This document shows positions 1 to 9,652 of a stretch of DNA of 38,405 nucleotides, one piece after another. The stretch is taken from positions 4,892 through 43,296 of the forward strand of contig JBMFKQ010000011.1 in assembly GCA_049972095.1 (NCBI GenBank). Direction: 5' to 3'. The DNA is from Elusimicrobiales bacterium. GTDB lineage: Bacteria; Elusimicrobiota; Elusimicrobia; Elusimicrobiales; UBA9959. The translations under genes and the position numbers were made by a program. Numbering within the stretch: position 1 is the stretch's first letter; each line of letters opens with the position of its first letter. Below the pieces are notes generated by a model that saw only the letters and a program-made list of their open reading frames with translations, was not told the origin of the DNA and did no database searches.

Positions 1-1487
1 ACATAATTTTCACGAGCGAACCATACAAGATTCTCAGTTGAAGAATAATCCCCACCCTTAGCATAAAGGTCTGCCTCTATCTGATAAAGCTTATCTTCAG
101 CATCTCCAGTTTTTTCATAAAAATTTGTACCTTCGGGAATCTGAGGTGCTCGCACCTTGCTGAACCAAAATACATTACTGCCAACAGAACCATTCATAGA
201 AGCACCTTCAGTGTATTCAAGGGTGCCATCTTTTTTGCCAGCATCCCTAAATTTTAGGTTTATAATATTGCCAAGGGCTTCGTATGATTTATCACCAGTA
301 AGTATGCCTGAGATCATTACCTCTCTGTCATGAACATTAGGATCAGTTAGAGTAACACCTAACACACTCTCATTGTTTACAAGCTCATCCCTGACTTTAT
401 CATACTTAGCTGCCTCTGCATTAAAAAATATCTCATCTGAATATGTTCTATTGGCAAAGACATAAGTTGCCCAGTTAGGCTTCACGCTATTTTCGTTAAA
501 AAAGGACGGCCATTCAGAGATACTCTGAGGAAGTTCCTTATTAAAATTCATAGTAAAAACAGCCATATCGTAGCGATTCTCAAGTGGAGCACCGTTGTAT
601 CTAAACTCTGAATAAGCAGTTCCTTTATAGTTGTAAACTGGTCTTTTTACCAGATTGAAAAACTGCAAAGTGGAAGGGTCCGGCCTCATAAGCCTTTGGT
701 CCACCCTGACCAGATTGCCGTGAACATCACGAAGAGTTCTTCCTGCTTCTATATCTGATTCTCGTGCTTTAGATGTAAAATTGCTAACTATGTTTTCTGT
801 CCGCGCGGTGCTGTCAGCGAAATCTCTTATCTTGGCTCTATCAAACTCCTTCTGCTTTATATCCTCTATTCTTGCATTATCACTAAGTCCCGGATCCCAT
901 TTCGCAAGACCTTCCAGCTCCATCTTTTTATCCATCACCATTACTTGAGCAGCTTCATCTTTTCCTCCGATAGACATATACTCTCCCTGAGCAATATCAA
1001 ACTCATGCCTCCCCAATTGAGGTGCGATATAGCTTACTTTAACAGAGCCAAAAAGAACCTGCAGTGTCATTTTCCCTTCCTTATCGCTTTCTATTACAAG
1101 ATCAGTGCCTCGCACCCCACAGACTGCCATAGGAGTCTTAATCTCATATTTCTCCTTCCTTCTAAGATGAGGCACTCTAACCTTTATTTTGCCAAACACC
1201 AAGTTAAGGCGAGTTATTAAGTCTTTTTTTTGCTCCACCTCAAGTGTGGTATTTTCTCTCATCCAGATTGTAGAGTTATTTCCGCTATCCAACATTGCCA
1301 TGCTATTTACTCCAGTCATTATCGCCCCACCTTCTGGAACTATGGTTGATGGAACTGCATCCTTCCATTCAGATGAAACAGATTGTTTAAACTTGACATC
1401 CCCTTCTATTTTTATTATCTTAACATCACCTGCACGCACTACAGAGAAGCAAAGAAACAAAGAGGAAATAACGCTAAACTTTTTCAT
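1..1487 (-). CDS. Large secreted FecR-domain protein with uncharacterised C-terminal region (3' end runs off the window; at least 495 aa)
   Basis: Not in the ORF track; translated by hand. ATG at 1487 with AGGAGG SD. Signal peptide MKKFSVISSLFLCFSVVRA, then FecR-like motifs (IIKIEGDVKF, IWMRENTTLEV, FGKIKV, IKTPMAVCGVRGTD). The frame stays open to the window edge. Confidence 0.85.
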   Translation of the reverse strand, partial: MKKFSVISSLFLCFSVVRAGDVKIIKIEGDVKFKQSVSSEWKDAVPSTIVPEGGAIMTGVNSMAMLDSGNNSTIWMRENTTLEVEQKKDLITRLNLVFGKIKVRVPHLRRKEKYEIKTPMAVCGVRGTDLVIESDKEGKMTLQVLFGSVKVSYIAPQLGRHEFDIAQGEYMSIGGKDEAAQVMVMDKKMELEGLAKWDPGLSDNARIEDIKQKEFDRAKIRDFADSTARTENIVSNFTSKARESDIEAGRTLRDVHGNLVRVDQRLMRPDPSTLQFFNLVKRPVYNYKGTAYSEFRYNGAPLENRYDMAVFTMNFNKELPQSISEWPSFFNENSVKPNWATYVFANRTYSDEIFFNAEAAKYDKVRDELVNNESVLGVTLTDPNVHDREVMISGILTGDKSYEALGNIINLKFRDAGKKDGTLEYTEGASMNGSVGSNVFWFSKVRAPQIPEGTNFYEKTGDAEDKLYQIEADLYAKGGDYSSTENLVWFARENY

Positions 1488-1519
1488 AATACCTCCTCTA
1501 TTTCATCATACTAAATTTT

Positions 1520-2743
1520 TTAAAACCTTTTACACAAATTTAATAAGACATCAAACGATTTATACATTGAATCAAGAGAGATCCATTCATATGGACCATG
1601 GTAATTATACCCGCCTGTAAATATATTGGGTGTTGGAATTCCCATAAAGCAAAGCCTTGCGCCATCCGTTCCGCCTCTAACAGGTTTTATTCTTGGCTCA
1701 ATTCCTGCTTCCTTAACAGCATCTATCAGTTTCTCCATAAGCTTAGGATATCTATCTATGATCTTTTTCATATTTCTATACTGGTTTTTAAATTCAATCT
1801 TTATATCAGAAAGAGGATACTTTTTTCTTTTCTCATCTACTATATCCTTTAAAAGAGCTTCCATATATCTTAGTTTTTTCATATCATGCTCCCTGACTAT
1901 CCCTTTTATTGTTGCATATGATACATCACCCTTTATCTCATCAAACATCACAAAACCATCATAATTTTCAGTTGTCTCGGCAAGCATATTCTCAGGCCAG
2001 GACGATATTATATCTGCTGCAATTCTAACAGCATTTGCCATTTGATTTTTCGCACTTCCAGGATGAACACTTCTTCCTTTTATATCTATTCTCAAAGAAT
2101 CTGCATTGAAGGTTTCATTCTCAATCGTCCCACATAGATCCCCATCAAATGTAAAAGCATAATCACAATCAAACTTTTTTATATCAAGCTTATCCACCCC
2201 CTTTCCTATCTCCTCATCAGGTGTGAACAGGATTCTTATCTCAGGATGTGGTAAAGAGTTTTTTATTATGTATTCAGCAGCTGTAACAATTATTGCTATA
2301 CCAGCCTTATCATCAGCACCTAAAAGCGTATCTCCAGAGGCTGTTATAATATCATCTCCAATATGTTTTTTAAGAGGAGGGCAATTTTTATAATCAAGAT
2401 AGATCCCATTTCCTATAACAAGATTACCACCTTTCCATTTTCTATGCAGTTTAACCCTAACATTCTTGCCGGAATATGCAGGTGATGTGTCAAGATGTGC
2501 TATGAAACCTATCTTCGTTTTTGAGGATGTATTTGATGGGATCTTAGCATAAACATAAGAATATCTATCAAGCTCAAGATCATCAATACCAATCTTTCTA
2601 AGCTCATCCACAATGAGTTTCGCAAGTTTTCTTTGAGATTGTGTAGAAGGAAATGTTTTCGAATTCGGATCAGATTGACTATCTATTTCACAATAGCTTT
2701 TTAATCTTTCAAACAGCTTTTGCTTTATCTCCTCCTTATCCAT
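1520..2743 (-). CDS. pepT: Peptidase T (tripeptide aminopeptidase, M20B)
   Basis: Motifs IGFIAHLDTS, LLGADDKAG, TPDEEIG, VHPGSAK, RGGTDG, PTPNIFTGGYNYHG. Start moved to ATG 2743 (AGAGGG upstream); the track start is 2761. Confidence 0.95.
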   Translation of the reverse strand: MDKEEIKQKLFERLKSYCEIDSQSDPNSKTFPSTQSQRKLAKLIVDELRKIGIDDLELDRYSYVYAKIPSNTSSKTKIGFIAHLDTSPAYSGKNVRVKLHRKWKGGNLVIGNGIYLDYKNCPPLKKHIGDDIITASGDTLLGADDKAGIAIIVTAAEYIIKNSLPHPEIRILFTPDEEIGKGVDKLDIKKFDCDYAFTFDGDLCGTIENETFNADSLRIDIKGRSVHPGSAKNQMANAVRIAADIISSWPENMLAETTENYDGFVMFDEIKGDVSYATIKGIVREHDMKKLRYMEALLKDIVDEKRKKYPLSDIKIEFKNQYRNMKKIIDRYPKLMEKLIDAVKEAGIEPRIKPVRGGTDGARLCFMGIPTPNIFTGGYNYHGPYEWISLDSMYKSFDVLLNLCKRF

Positions 2744-2815
2744 AATCCCTCTTATTAACAAACAATCTTTAAATATTATACAATTTTTTATATAAGTTCT
2801 TTCTCAGGAGGAAAA

Positions 2816-3442
2816 ATGCCGCTTATACCAAAAGAAACAAGGTTTTTTGATATGCTTTGCGAAGAGGTGGAGGTCATAACAAAAGCAGTGGATTACTTTA
2901 AGAAAAATATAGTAGATAGCGAAAACATTAGTGAAGAGTCAATCAAAAGGATTAAAGATTTTGAGCATGAATGCGACACAATCTGCCATGAAATAATAGA
3001 CAAACTAAATGAAACATTTATAACTCCAATAGACAGAGAGGATATACACAAACTTGCAAATGAGATAGATGATGTAATGGATCTGATAAATGTTGTTGCA
3101 AATAGAATAAACATATACCACATAAAAAAAGTAAAAGGAACATATCTTGATGAGTTTGTAAACGATATATTAGAATCTGTTAATGCCATGAATACAGCAA
3201 TAAAAAATCTTGCTGATCTTAAGAAACCAAGAAGGATTCTTGAATACTGTATTGAGATTAACAGGCTTGAAAATAGCGGAGATTCCCTTAGAGAAAAAGC
3301 AATAAAAGAGCTTTTTGAAAAGGAAAAAGATCCAATAAACATAATAAAGTGGAAAGAGATATATGAGGTTGCAGAAACTGTGCTTGATGCATGTGAGAAA
3401 GTGGCAAGAATAATTGAAGAGGTTATTGTAAAAAATGGATAA
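2816..3442 (+). CDS. DUF47/PhoU-like phosphate transport regulator
   Basis: EHECD...FITPIDREDI and ENSGD...IKWKEIYE motifs; AGGAGG SD; overlaps the PiT gene. Confidence 0.93.
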   Translation: MPLIPKETRFFDMLCEEVEVITKAVDYFKKNIVDSENISEESIKRIKDFEHECDTICHEIIDKLNETFITPIDREDIHKLANEIDDVMDLINVVANRINIYHIKKVKGTYLDEFVNDILESVNAMNTAIKNLADLKKPRRILEYCIEINRLENSGDSLREKAIKELFEKEKDPINIIKWKEIYEVAETVLDACEKVARIIEEVIVKNG

Positions 3443-4445
3443 CACTTTTATCTGTGTAATCTCCATAATATTTATTGCACTCTTATTTGATTACTATAAT
3501 GGTGCAAATGATGCAGCAAATTCAATAGCTACTATCGTTGCAACAAGGGTTCTTAAACCAACACAGGCAGTGATATGGGCAGCTTTTTTTAATTTTATAT
3601 CCTTTTTGATTCTTGGAACAGCTGTTGCTAAAACTATAGGTAAAGGTATAGTTGATATAAATATAATAGATAACTATGTTATAGCAGCAGGAGTAAGTGG
3701 CGCAGCATTGTGGACAGCGATATGTACATATGTAGGATTACCAATAAGTGCCTCACATTCATTAATAGGCGGAATTATAGGTAGCGCTATAAGAAAGGGT
3801 GGTTTAGAAGCAGTAATATATTCAGGTTTATATAAAGTAGTTGCATTTATAATACTTGCTCCTGTTATAGGATTTATTCTTGGTGGATTGATAATGGTTA
3901 TTACATACAATATATTTAAAAACAAATCACCTTCAACGGTAGAAAAAATATTCAAAAAAGGACAGCTTCTATCTTCTGCCTTATATTCAATAGGTCATGG
4001 TGGAAATGATGCACAGAAAACTATGGGGATTATAACAATGACGCTTTATTCTAATGGATATTTACAATCAACTACTGGAGATTTTATTGTTCCATTATGG
4101 GTGGTTTTAATCTCCCAATTTACAATTGCATTAGGAACTCTTTCAGGTGGCTGGAGGGTTATAAACACACTCGGACATAGATTAACAAAGAATCTAAAAC
4201 CATTTGATGGATTTTCAGCAGAAACAGGAGCAGCTTTAACAATTCATATAGCAACATTATTAGGCATCCCTGTAAGCACAACACATACAATAACCGGTTC
4301 AATATCCGCAGTAGGAGCATTGAAAAGACTACATTTAGTAAGATGGAATATATCCAGAAAAATAGTATTTGCTTGGATTCTTACAATACCCGGAGCTGCT
4401 CTTATATCAATGAGTCTATATTATATCTTGAAGACTTTTTTATAA
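3435..4445 (+). CDS. pit: Inorganic phosphate transporter, PiT family
   Basis: GANDAANSIAT, GLPISASH, HGGNDAQKTMG and PVSTTH signatures; multiple TM helices. Confidence 0.95.
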   Translation: MDNTFICVISIIFIALLFDYYNGANDAANSIATIVATRVLKPTQAVIWAAFFNFISFLILGTAVAKTIGKGIVDINIIDNYVIAAGVSGAALWTAICTYVGLPISASHSLIGGIIGSAIRKGGLEAVIYSGLYKVVAFIILAPVIGFILGGLIMVITYNIFKNKSPSTVEKIFKKGQLLSSALYSIGHGGNDAQKTMGIITMTLYSNGYLQSTTGDFIVPLWVVLISQFTIALGTLSGGWRVINTLGHRLTKNLKPFDGFSAETGAALTIHIATLLGIPVSTTHTITGSISAVGALKRLHLVRWNISRKIVFAWILTIPGAALISMSLYYILKTFL

Positions 4446-4500
4446 CCCTTTTTTTTTCTATAATTTAATTATGTCAGAAGAATAAAACAAGGAGGGGTCA

Positions 4501-5475
4501 ATGATTTGGTATAAAGACCTTGGATTTGTTAATACAAAAGAGATGTTTAAAGATGCAATGAAAAATGGTTATGCAGTGCCTGCATATAACTTCAACAATA
4601 TGGAACAGCTTCAGGCAATAATAACGGCATGTGTGAGATCAAGATCACCTGTTATACTTCAGGTCTCAAAAGGAGCAAGGGATTATGCAAATCCAACACT
4701 TTTAAGGTGGATGGCAAGAGGAGCTATTGAGATGATGAAAGAGATGACTGATAAACCAATTCCTGTGGCACTTCATCTTGACCATGGAGATTCATTTGAG
4801 CTTTGTAAGGCATGCATAGACAACGGATTTTCCTCTGTTATGATAGATGGCTCACATCTGCCTTATGAACAAAATATAGAGATAACAAGGAAGGTTGTTG
4901 AATACGCTCATAGATATGATGTTAGTGTAGAGGGTGAGCTTGGTGTTCTTGCCGGAATAGAGGAGGAAGTTTCAAGTAAAAAATCCATATACACAGATCC
5001 AAATCAGGTTGAGGATTTCGTTAAAAAAACAGGGGTTGATTCTTTGGCTATAGCTATAGGCACAAGTCATGGAGCATACAAATTCAAGATAAAACCTGGA
5101 GAAGCTATCCCTCCCCTTAGGTTTGACATACTTGAGGAGATAGAAAAGAGAATTCCTGGATTTCCAATTGTTCTGCATGGTGCTTCAAGTGTTCTTCAAG
5201 AATATATTGAGATAATAAATAGATATGGAGGTAAAATGGAAAATGCTGTTGGAATACCAGAGGAACAGCTAAGGCGTGCAGCAAAATCTGCGGTATGTAA
5301 AATAAATATAGATTCTGATGGAAGGCTTGTTATGACTGCAATTATAAGAAAGATGCTTGCAGAAAATCCATCAGAGTTTGATCCGAGAAAATACCTAGGT
5401 CCTGCAAGAGAAGAGCTGATAAAGATGTATATAAAAAAGAATGAAAATGTTCTTGGCTCAGCAAATAGGGTATAG
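4501..5475 (+). CDS. fba: Fructose-1,6-bisphosphate aldolase, class II
   Basis: LHLDHG, SVMIDGS, EGELG, GTSHG, VLHG, KINIDSD, DPRKYL; GGAGG SD. Confidence 0.97.
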   Translation: MIWYKDLGFVNTKEMFKDAMKNGYAVPAYNFNNMEQLQAIITACVRSRSPVILQVSKGARDYANPTLLRWMARGAIEMMKEMTDKPIPVALHLDHGDSFELCKACIDNGFSSVMIDGSHLPYEQNIEITRKVVEYAHRYDVSVEGELGVLAGIEEEVSSKKSIYTDPNQVEDFVKKTGVDSLAIAIGTSHGAYKFKIKPGEAIPPLRFDILEEIEKRIPGFPIVLHGASSVLQEYIEIINRYGGKMENAVGIPEEQLRRAAKSAVCKINIDSDGRLVMTAIIRKMLAENPSEFDPRKYLGPAREELIKMYIKKNENVLGSANRV

Positions 5476-5490
5476 CTCAATGAGGTCATT

Positions 5491-7887
5491 ATGAGTGTAG
5501 AGAAAAGTCTTAAACCACCAAAGTTCTATTCCACTAAAAAATCAAAGTATTATGAGATATCAGATATAATGGAAAACTTTGATTATAAACCAAAAGAAGA
5601 TGATATAGAGTTCTTTGAGAAGGTTGATCTGATATATAGAACACTTTGTGCTGTTCTATACAACTTTGCTCCAACATCAGGGCATCCAGGTGGCTCAATA
5701 TCAAGTGGAAGGATAGTTCAAGGACTTGTCTTTGAAAACACATACTATGACTTTTCAGATCCTGAAAGAGAAGATGCTGACATAATATCTTATGCAGCAG
5801 GACACAAAGCAATGGGACTCTACGCACTTTGGGCATTGAGAAATGAGCTTATAAAGCAATCGGAACCAAAACTTCTTCCACAGGATGAAAGGTTTCAGCT
5901 GAGGTTAGAGGATCTTTTGGGATTTAGAAAAAATCCCACAAACTCAACACCCCTTTTTAAAAAGTTTGACTCAAAAACATTAGATGGCCATCCAACACCA
6001 CTTATCCCTTTTGTTAAACTTTCAACAGGTGCAAGCGGTGTTGGGGTTGGCTCATCAATAGGGCTTGCATTTGCAGCAATGGACTACTATAGAGATAACC
6101 CACCAAATGTGAACATAATCGAAGGAGAGGGTGGAATTACCCCCGGAAGGGCTTCAGAGGCTATTGCCTCAGCATCAACCTCAAATCTTTTCAATGTAAT
6201 AATGCATCTTGATTACAACCAGGCATCAATAGACAGTGATTATGTAAGTCAGGAGGGCATAAAAAGAGGCGATTATGTTCAATGGAGCCCACATGAACTT
6301 TTTTATATAAACGAATGGAATGTAGTCAATGTGCCAAATGGTATGGATTTCTACCAGATACTTTGTGCTCAAAAATTTGTGCTTAACTCACAAAGAACAA
6401 ATCCTACAGTTATAATATACAGAACTGTAAAGGGCTGGAGATATGGAATAGAAGGAAGAAAATCACACGGCTCAGGGCACAAATTTGCTTCAGAGGGTTA
6501 TTACAAAGCAGTTGAGGAGTTTGAAACACTATTCCACACAAAGATGCCAAGGATCTCTTCATCACACCAAAGCACTCAAATTATAGAAGAGTGTTTTTAT
6601 GATACACTTATGGTGATAAGACAGGTAATAAAAGACAATCCTAAGATATGTGAAAATGCAACAAAAAGAATTATAAACCTTAAAAAGAATCTTGATTTGT
6701 TAGGAAGGAAAAAACATCAATCTGCATGTGATGTCTCAAAAGCATATCATCTTGATATAAAAACACCGAAGGAGATTGAAATCAAACCCCAAACAGAAAT
6801 AACACTAAGAGAAGCACTTGCTAACTCAATAAACTACATAAACAGAATAACAAATGGTGCTATCCTTGCGTCATCCGCAGACCTCTACGCATCAACAAGT
6901 ATATCAAACATAAATAAGGGATTTAGTGACGGCTTTTACAATGCTTTAACCAACCCTGACTCAAGGCTTATTACTGTTGGAGGAATATGTGAAGATGCTA
7001 TGGGTGCAGTAGCCTCGGGCATCTCATCATATGGCACACACATAGGAGTTAGCTCATCATATGCTGCATTTATAGCTCCACTTGAGCACATATCAGCAAG
7101 GCTTCATTGTATAGGCCAACAGGCAAGGCACCAGCTTACAGGAAAACCTTTTAATCCCTTTATAATGATAAATGCACACGCCGGTCCAAAAACAGGTGAG
7201 GATGGTCCAACTCATGCTGATCCACAAGCTCTTGGTGTTCTTCAGGATAATTTTCCTCAAGGCTTTCTTATAACACTTACCCCCTGGGATCCACAAGAGA
7301 TATGGCCGCTCATTGCATACTCTTTAAGTAAAAGACCTTGTGTTATAGCCCCATTTGTAACAAGACCGCCTGAGAAGGTTGTAGATAGAAAATTATTGGG
7401 AATTGAACCAGTTGAAAAGGCAATTAACGGTATATATCATTTTGTTAAGGCAGATACATCATCAAAACAATATAACGGAACTGTGGTATTACAAGGAAAT
7501 GGAGTGGCGATGGAGTTTATAAATGGAGTTATTGATGAGATAAAAAAATCTGGCTTTAATATGAATGTTTATTATGTGACAAGTCTTGAACTCTTTAAAA
7601 TGTTGAGTGATGAGGAAAAAGAAAGAATATATCCATCAACACTGGCATTTCACGCAATAGGAATAACAGACTTTACGCTTTCAACCATGTATTACTGGAT
7701 AAGATCCCCTTACGCACTTAAAAAATCACTCCATGCCTTTAAAAATTCAAGATATTTGGGAAGTGGAAAAGGAGAAGCGGTTCTTAAAGAAGCAGAGCTT
7801 GATGCAGAATCACAGATAAAGACAATAAAGGAATATGCATACCATATGGAGAAAAACTATAGAAAAGGGGAGGTGTTATGCCTTTAA
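5491..7887 (+). CDS. Transketolase-like ThDP enzyme (single chain, 798 aa, divergent)
   Basis: SGHPGGSIS, AAGHK, DGHP, STGASGVG, SADL, GICE, GEDGPTH. The ThDP motif reads GEG...N instead of GDG...N. Confidence 0.85.
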   Translation: MSVEKSLKPPKFYSTKKSKYYEISDIMENFDYKPKEDDIEFFEKVDLIYRTLCAVLYNFAPTSGHPGGSISSGRIVQGLVFENTYYDFSDPEREDADIISYAAGHKAMGLYALWALRNELIKQSEPKLLPQDERFQLRLEDLLGFRKNPTNSTPLFKKFDSKTLDGHPTPLIPFVKLSTGASGVGVGSSIGLAFAAMDYYRDNPPNVNIIEGEGGITPGRASEAIASASTSNLFNVIMHLDYNQASIDSDYVSQEGIKRGDYVQWSPHELFYINEWNVVNVPNGMDFYQILCAQKFVLNSQRTNPTVIIYRTVKGWRYGIEGRKSHGSGHKFASEGYYKAVEEFETLFHTKMPRISSSHQSTQIIEECFYDTLMVIRQVIKDNPKICENATKRIINLKKNLDLLGRKKHQSACDVSKAYHLDIKTPKEIEIKPQTEITLREALANSINYINRITNGAILASSADLYASTSISNINKGFSDGFYNALTNPDSRLITVGGICEDAMGAVASGISSYGTHIGVSSSYAAFIAPLEHISARLHCIGQQARHQLTGKPFNPFIMINAHAGPKTGEDGPTHADPQALGVLQDNFPQGFLITLTPWDPQEIWPLIAYSLSKRPCVIAPFVTRPPEKVVDRKLLGIEPVEKAINGIYHFVKADTSSKQYNGTVVLQGNGVAMEFINGVIDEIKKSGFNMNVYYVTSLELFKMLSDEEKERIYPSTLAFHAIGITDFTLSTMYYWIRSPYALKKSLHAFKNSRYLGSGKGEAVLKEAELDAESQIKTIKEYAYHMEKNYRKGEVLCL

Positions 7888-8333
7888 AAGACTGCCCTTA
7901 TATCATAGGTAGAACCTTTCTTTTTTCAATATCAAAAGGTGAGGATCTTATTCCCTTTATTCAGGAATTCTGTGCTGAAAACAACATAAAATTTGGAGTT
8001 ATAACAGCAACAATAGGAGCTGTAAGTAAAGCAACAATAGCTATCTATGATCAAAAAGAAAAAAGATATAAAAAAATAAGTTTTGAAAAGGATATGGAGA
8101 TACTTTCAATTCAAGGTAATATAAGTCTTTATGATCTAAAGCCTATGATACATGCACATATAACACTATCAGATATAAATGCCAATACCTTTGGTGGACA
8201 TCTAATGTCTCCAACTATCGTTTTCTCATGCGAGATGATGATACAGGAACTTACTGGCCAGGAAATAAAAACAAGAAAATCAGACAAAACAACACAGCTT
8301 CTCCTTTGGCAAAATCCATTATCTACAAAATAA
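7878..8333 (+). CDS. PPC/DUF296 domain protein
   Basis: GEDL, IGAV, EILSIQGNI, HAHITLSD, FGGHL; GGAGG SD; overlaps the transketolase 3' end. Confidence 0.9.
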   Translation: MPLKDCPYIIGRTFLFSISKGEDLIPFIQEFCAENNIKFGVITATIGAVSKATIAIYDQKEKRYKKISFEKDMEILSIQGNISLYDLKPMIHAHITLSDINANTFGGHLMSPTIVFSCEMMIQELTGQEIKTRKSDKTTQLLLWQNPLSTK

Positions 8334-9230
8334 ATGCATACTGATTTCAAATCTGGTTTTGCAAGCATAGTAGGCCCTCCAAACTCTGGAAAATCAACAC
8401 TTCTAAATGCAATATGTCTTAAAAAACTCAGTGCCGTTTCATCAAAGCCACATACCACAAGACAGCACATTAAAGGTATTATAACATCAGAAAAATATCA
8501 GATAGTTTTTGTAGATACCCCTGGTTTTATAAAACCAAATACAAGGCTTGAAAAAATAATGCAGTTTGAGACAAGAAGGGCAGCTAAGGATGATGCTGAT
8601 GTTCTTATTGTGGCTATTGAGCCGGATATAGAAAATATTAAAAAAAATCTTGAGATTTTAAAAACTTATACCTCTTTTAAAAAAGAAATGATCATAACAA
8701 TAACAAAGATTGATATATACTCCAAAAAGCAGATAGAAAACGCAAGAAAAGAGATCTCAAACATAATACCGGCACAGGATATAATAGAAGTTTCAGCGTT
8801 AAAAAACATAAATCTTGACAACTTTTTAAATATGGTTGTTCAAAAACTACCATTTTCCCCTCCATACTACCCCGATGATATTTTGTCTGATAAATGGGAA
8901 AGGTATTTTGCTGGCCAGCTTATACAAGAAACTGTCTTTGAACTTTATGAAGATGAGATCCCCTATTCTGTTGCAATATCAGTTGAGGTTTTCAAAGAAG
9001 ATAGCAATCCTTTATATATACTTGCCTATATCTACACATCGAGGAAAAACCATAAAATGATAATAATAGGGAAAGAAGGAAGAATGATAAAAAAACTAAC
9101 AGAGATATCTCAGAAAAAAATATCTGATTTCCTTTCAAAAGATGTAAGGCTTGAACTTTATGTTAAGATAAAAGAAAACTGGCAGGATGATAAAAAATTT
9201 ATAGAAAGAGTAATGGGGTATTATAACTAA
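8334..9230 (+). CDS. era: GTPase Era
   Basis: KSGFASIVGPPNSGKSTL, HTTR, VDTPG, TKID, SAL, EIPYS and KH-domain IIIGKEG. Confidence 0.93.
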   Translation: MHTDFKSGFASIVGPPNSGKSTLLNAICLKKLSAVSSKPHTTRQHIKGIITSEKYQIVFVDTPGFIKPNTRLEKIMQFETRRAAKDDADVLIVAIEPDIENIKKNLEILKTYTSFKKEMIITITKIDIYSKKQIENARKEISNIIPAQDIIEVSALKNINLDNFLNMVVQKLPFSPPYYPDDILSDKWERYFAGQLIQETVFELYEDEIPYSVAISVEVFKEDSNPLYILAYIYTSRKNHKMIIIGKEGRMIKKLTEISQKKISDFLSKDVRLELYVKIKENWQDDKKFIERVMGYYN

Positions 9231-9231
9231 G

Positions 9232-9651
9232 ATGAATAAGTTAGTTGTAAGATTGAATATATTTCTTTTTTTAGCATGGGCTCAGTTTTTAATATTTGTG
9301 ATCTCATTGATATTGGCAAGCTATATTATAAAGTTTTCTCTAATTCCATTTGCAAAAACTATTAGACTTGAGATCTATGATGGATTAAAAATGTCAGCAA
9401 GTTTTTTACTTTTAACATCATTCCAGTGGCTTTATAGAGGATTTGTTCTTTCATTTCTCAAAGAATCCTTTCTCTCCGCCTTAACACTTATATCCTCACA
9501 GGTAGCTGCAATATTTATGATAGAAAAGATACTTACAAAAACAGTTTTTATGAAATATCAGCTCTCATCTATAGCAATATTTATATGTTTTTTCTTTCCT
9601 TTCTCAGATTATTTTATTTCATCCTTTAAAAGAAGGTTATTGAAGTATTAG
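9232..9651 (+). CDS. Hypothetical membrane protein (about 4 TM)
   Basis: Hydrophobic 139-aa ORF starting 1 nt after the era stop. Confidence 0.7.
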   Translation: MNKLVVRLNIFLFLAWAQFLIFVISLILASYIIKFSLIPFAKTIRLEIYDGLKMSASFLLLTSFQWLYRGFVLSFLKESFLSALTLISSQVAAIFMIEKILTKTVFMKYQLSSIAIFICFFFPFSDYFISSFKRRLLKY

Positions 9652-9652
9652 G

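Noticed and set aside
945..1964. Plus-strand ORFs 945-1220, 1189-1620, 1598-1852, 1626-1964
   Set aside because: Antisense shadows of the FecR-fusion gene and pepT, with no recognisable motifs.
4449..4457. T9 tract next to the fba -10 box as a phase-variation switch
   Set aside because: Such runs are expected in AT-rich DNA, no properly spaced -35 is visible, and fba is a housekeeping gene.
8334..9230. Era G1/G4 variants (GPPNSGKS, TKID) as loss of function
   Set aside because: Both fit the general GxxxxGKS and (N/T)KxD consensus, and the other motifs are intact.
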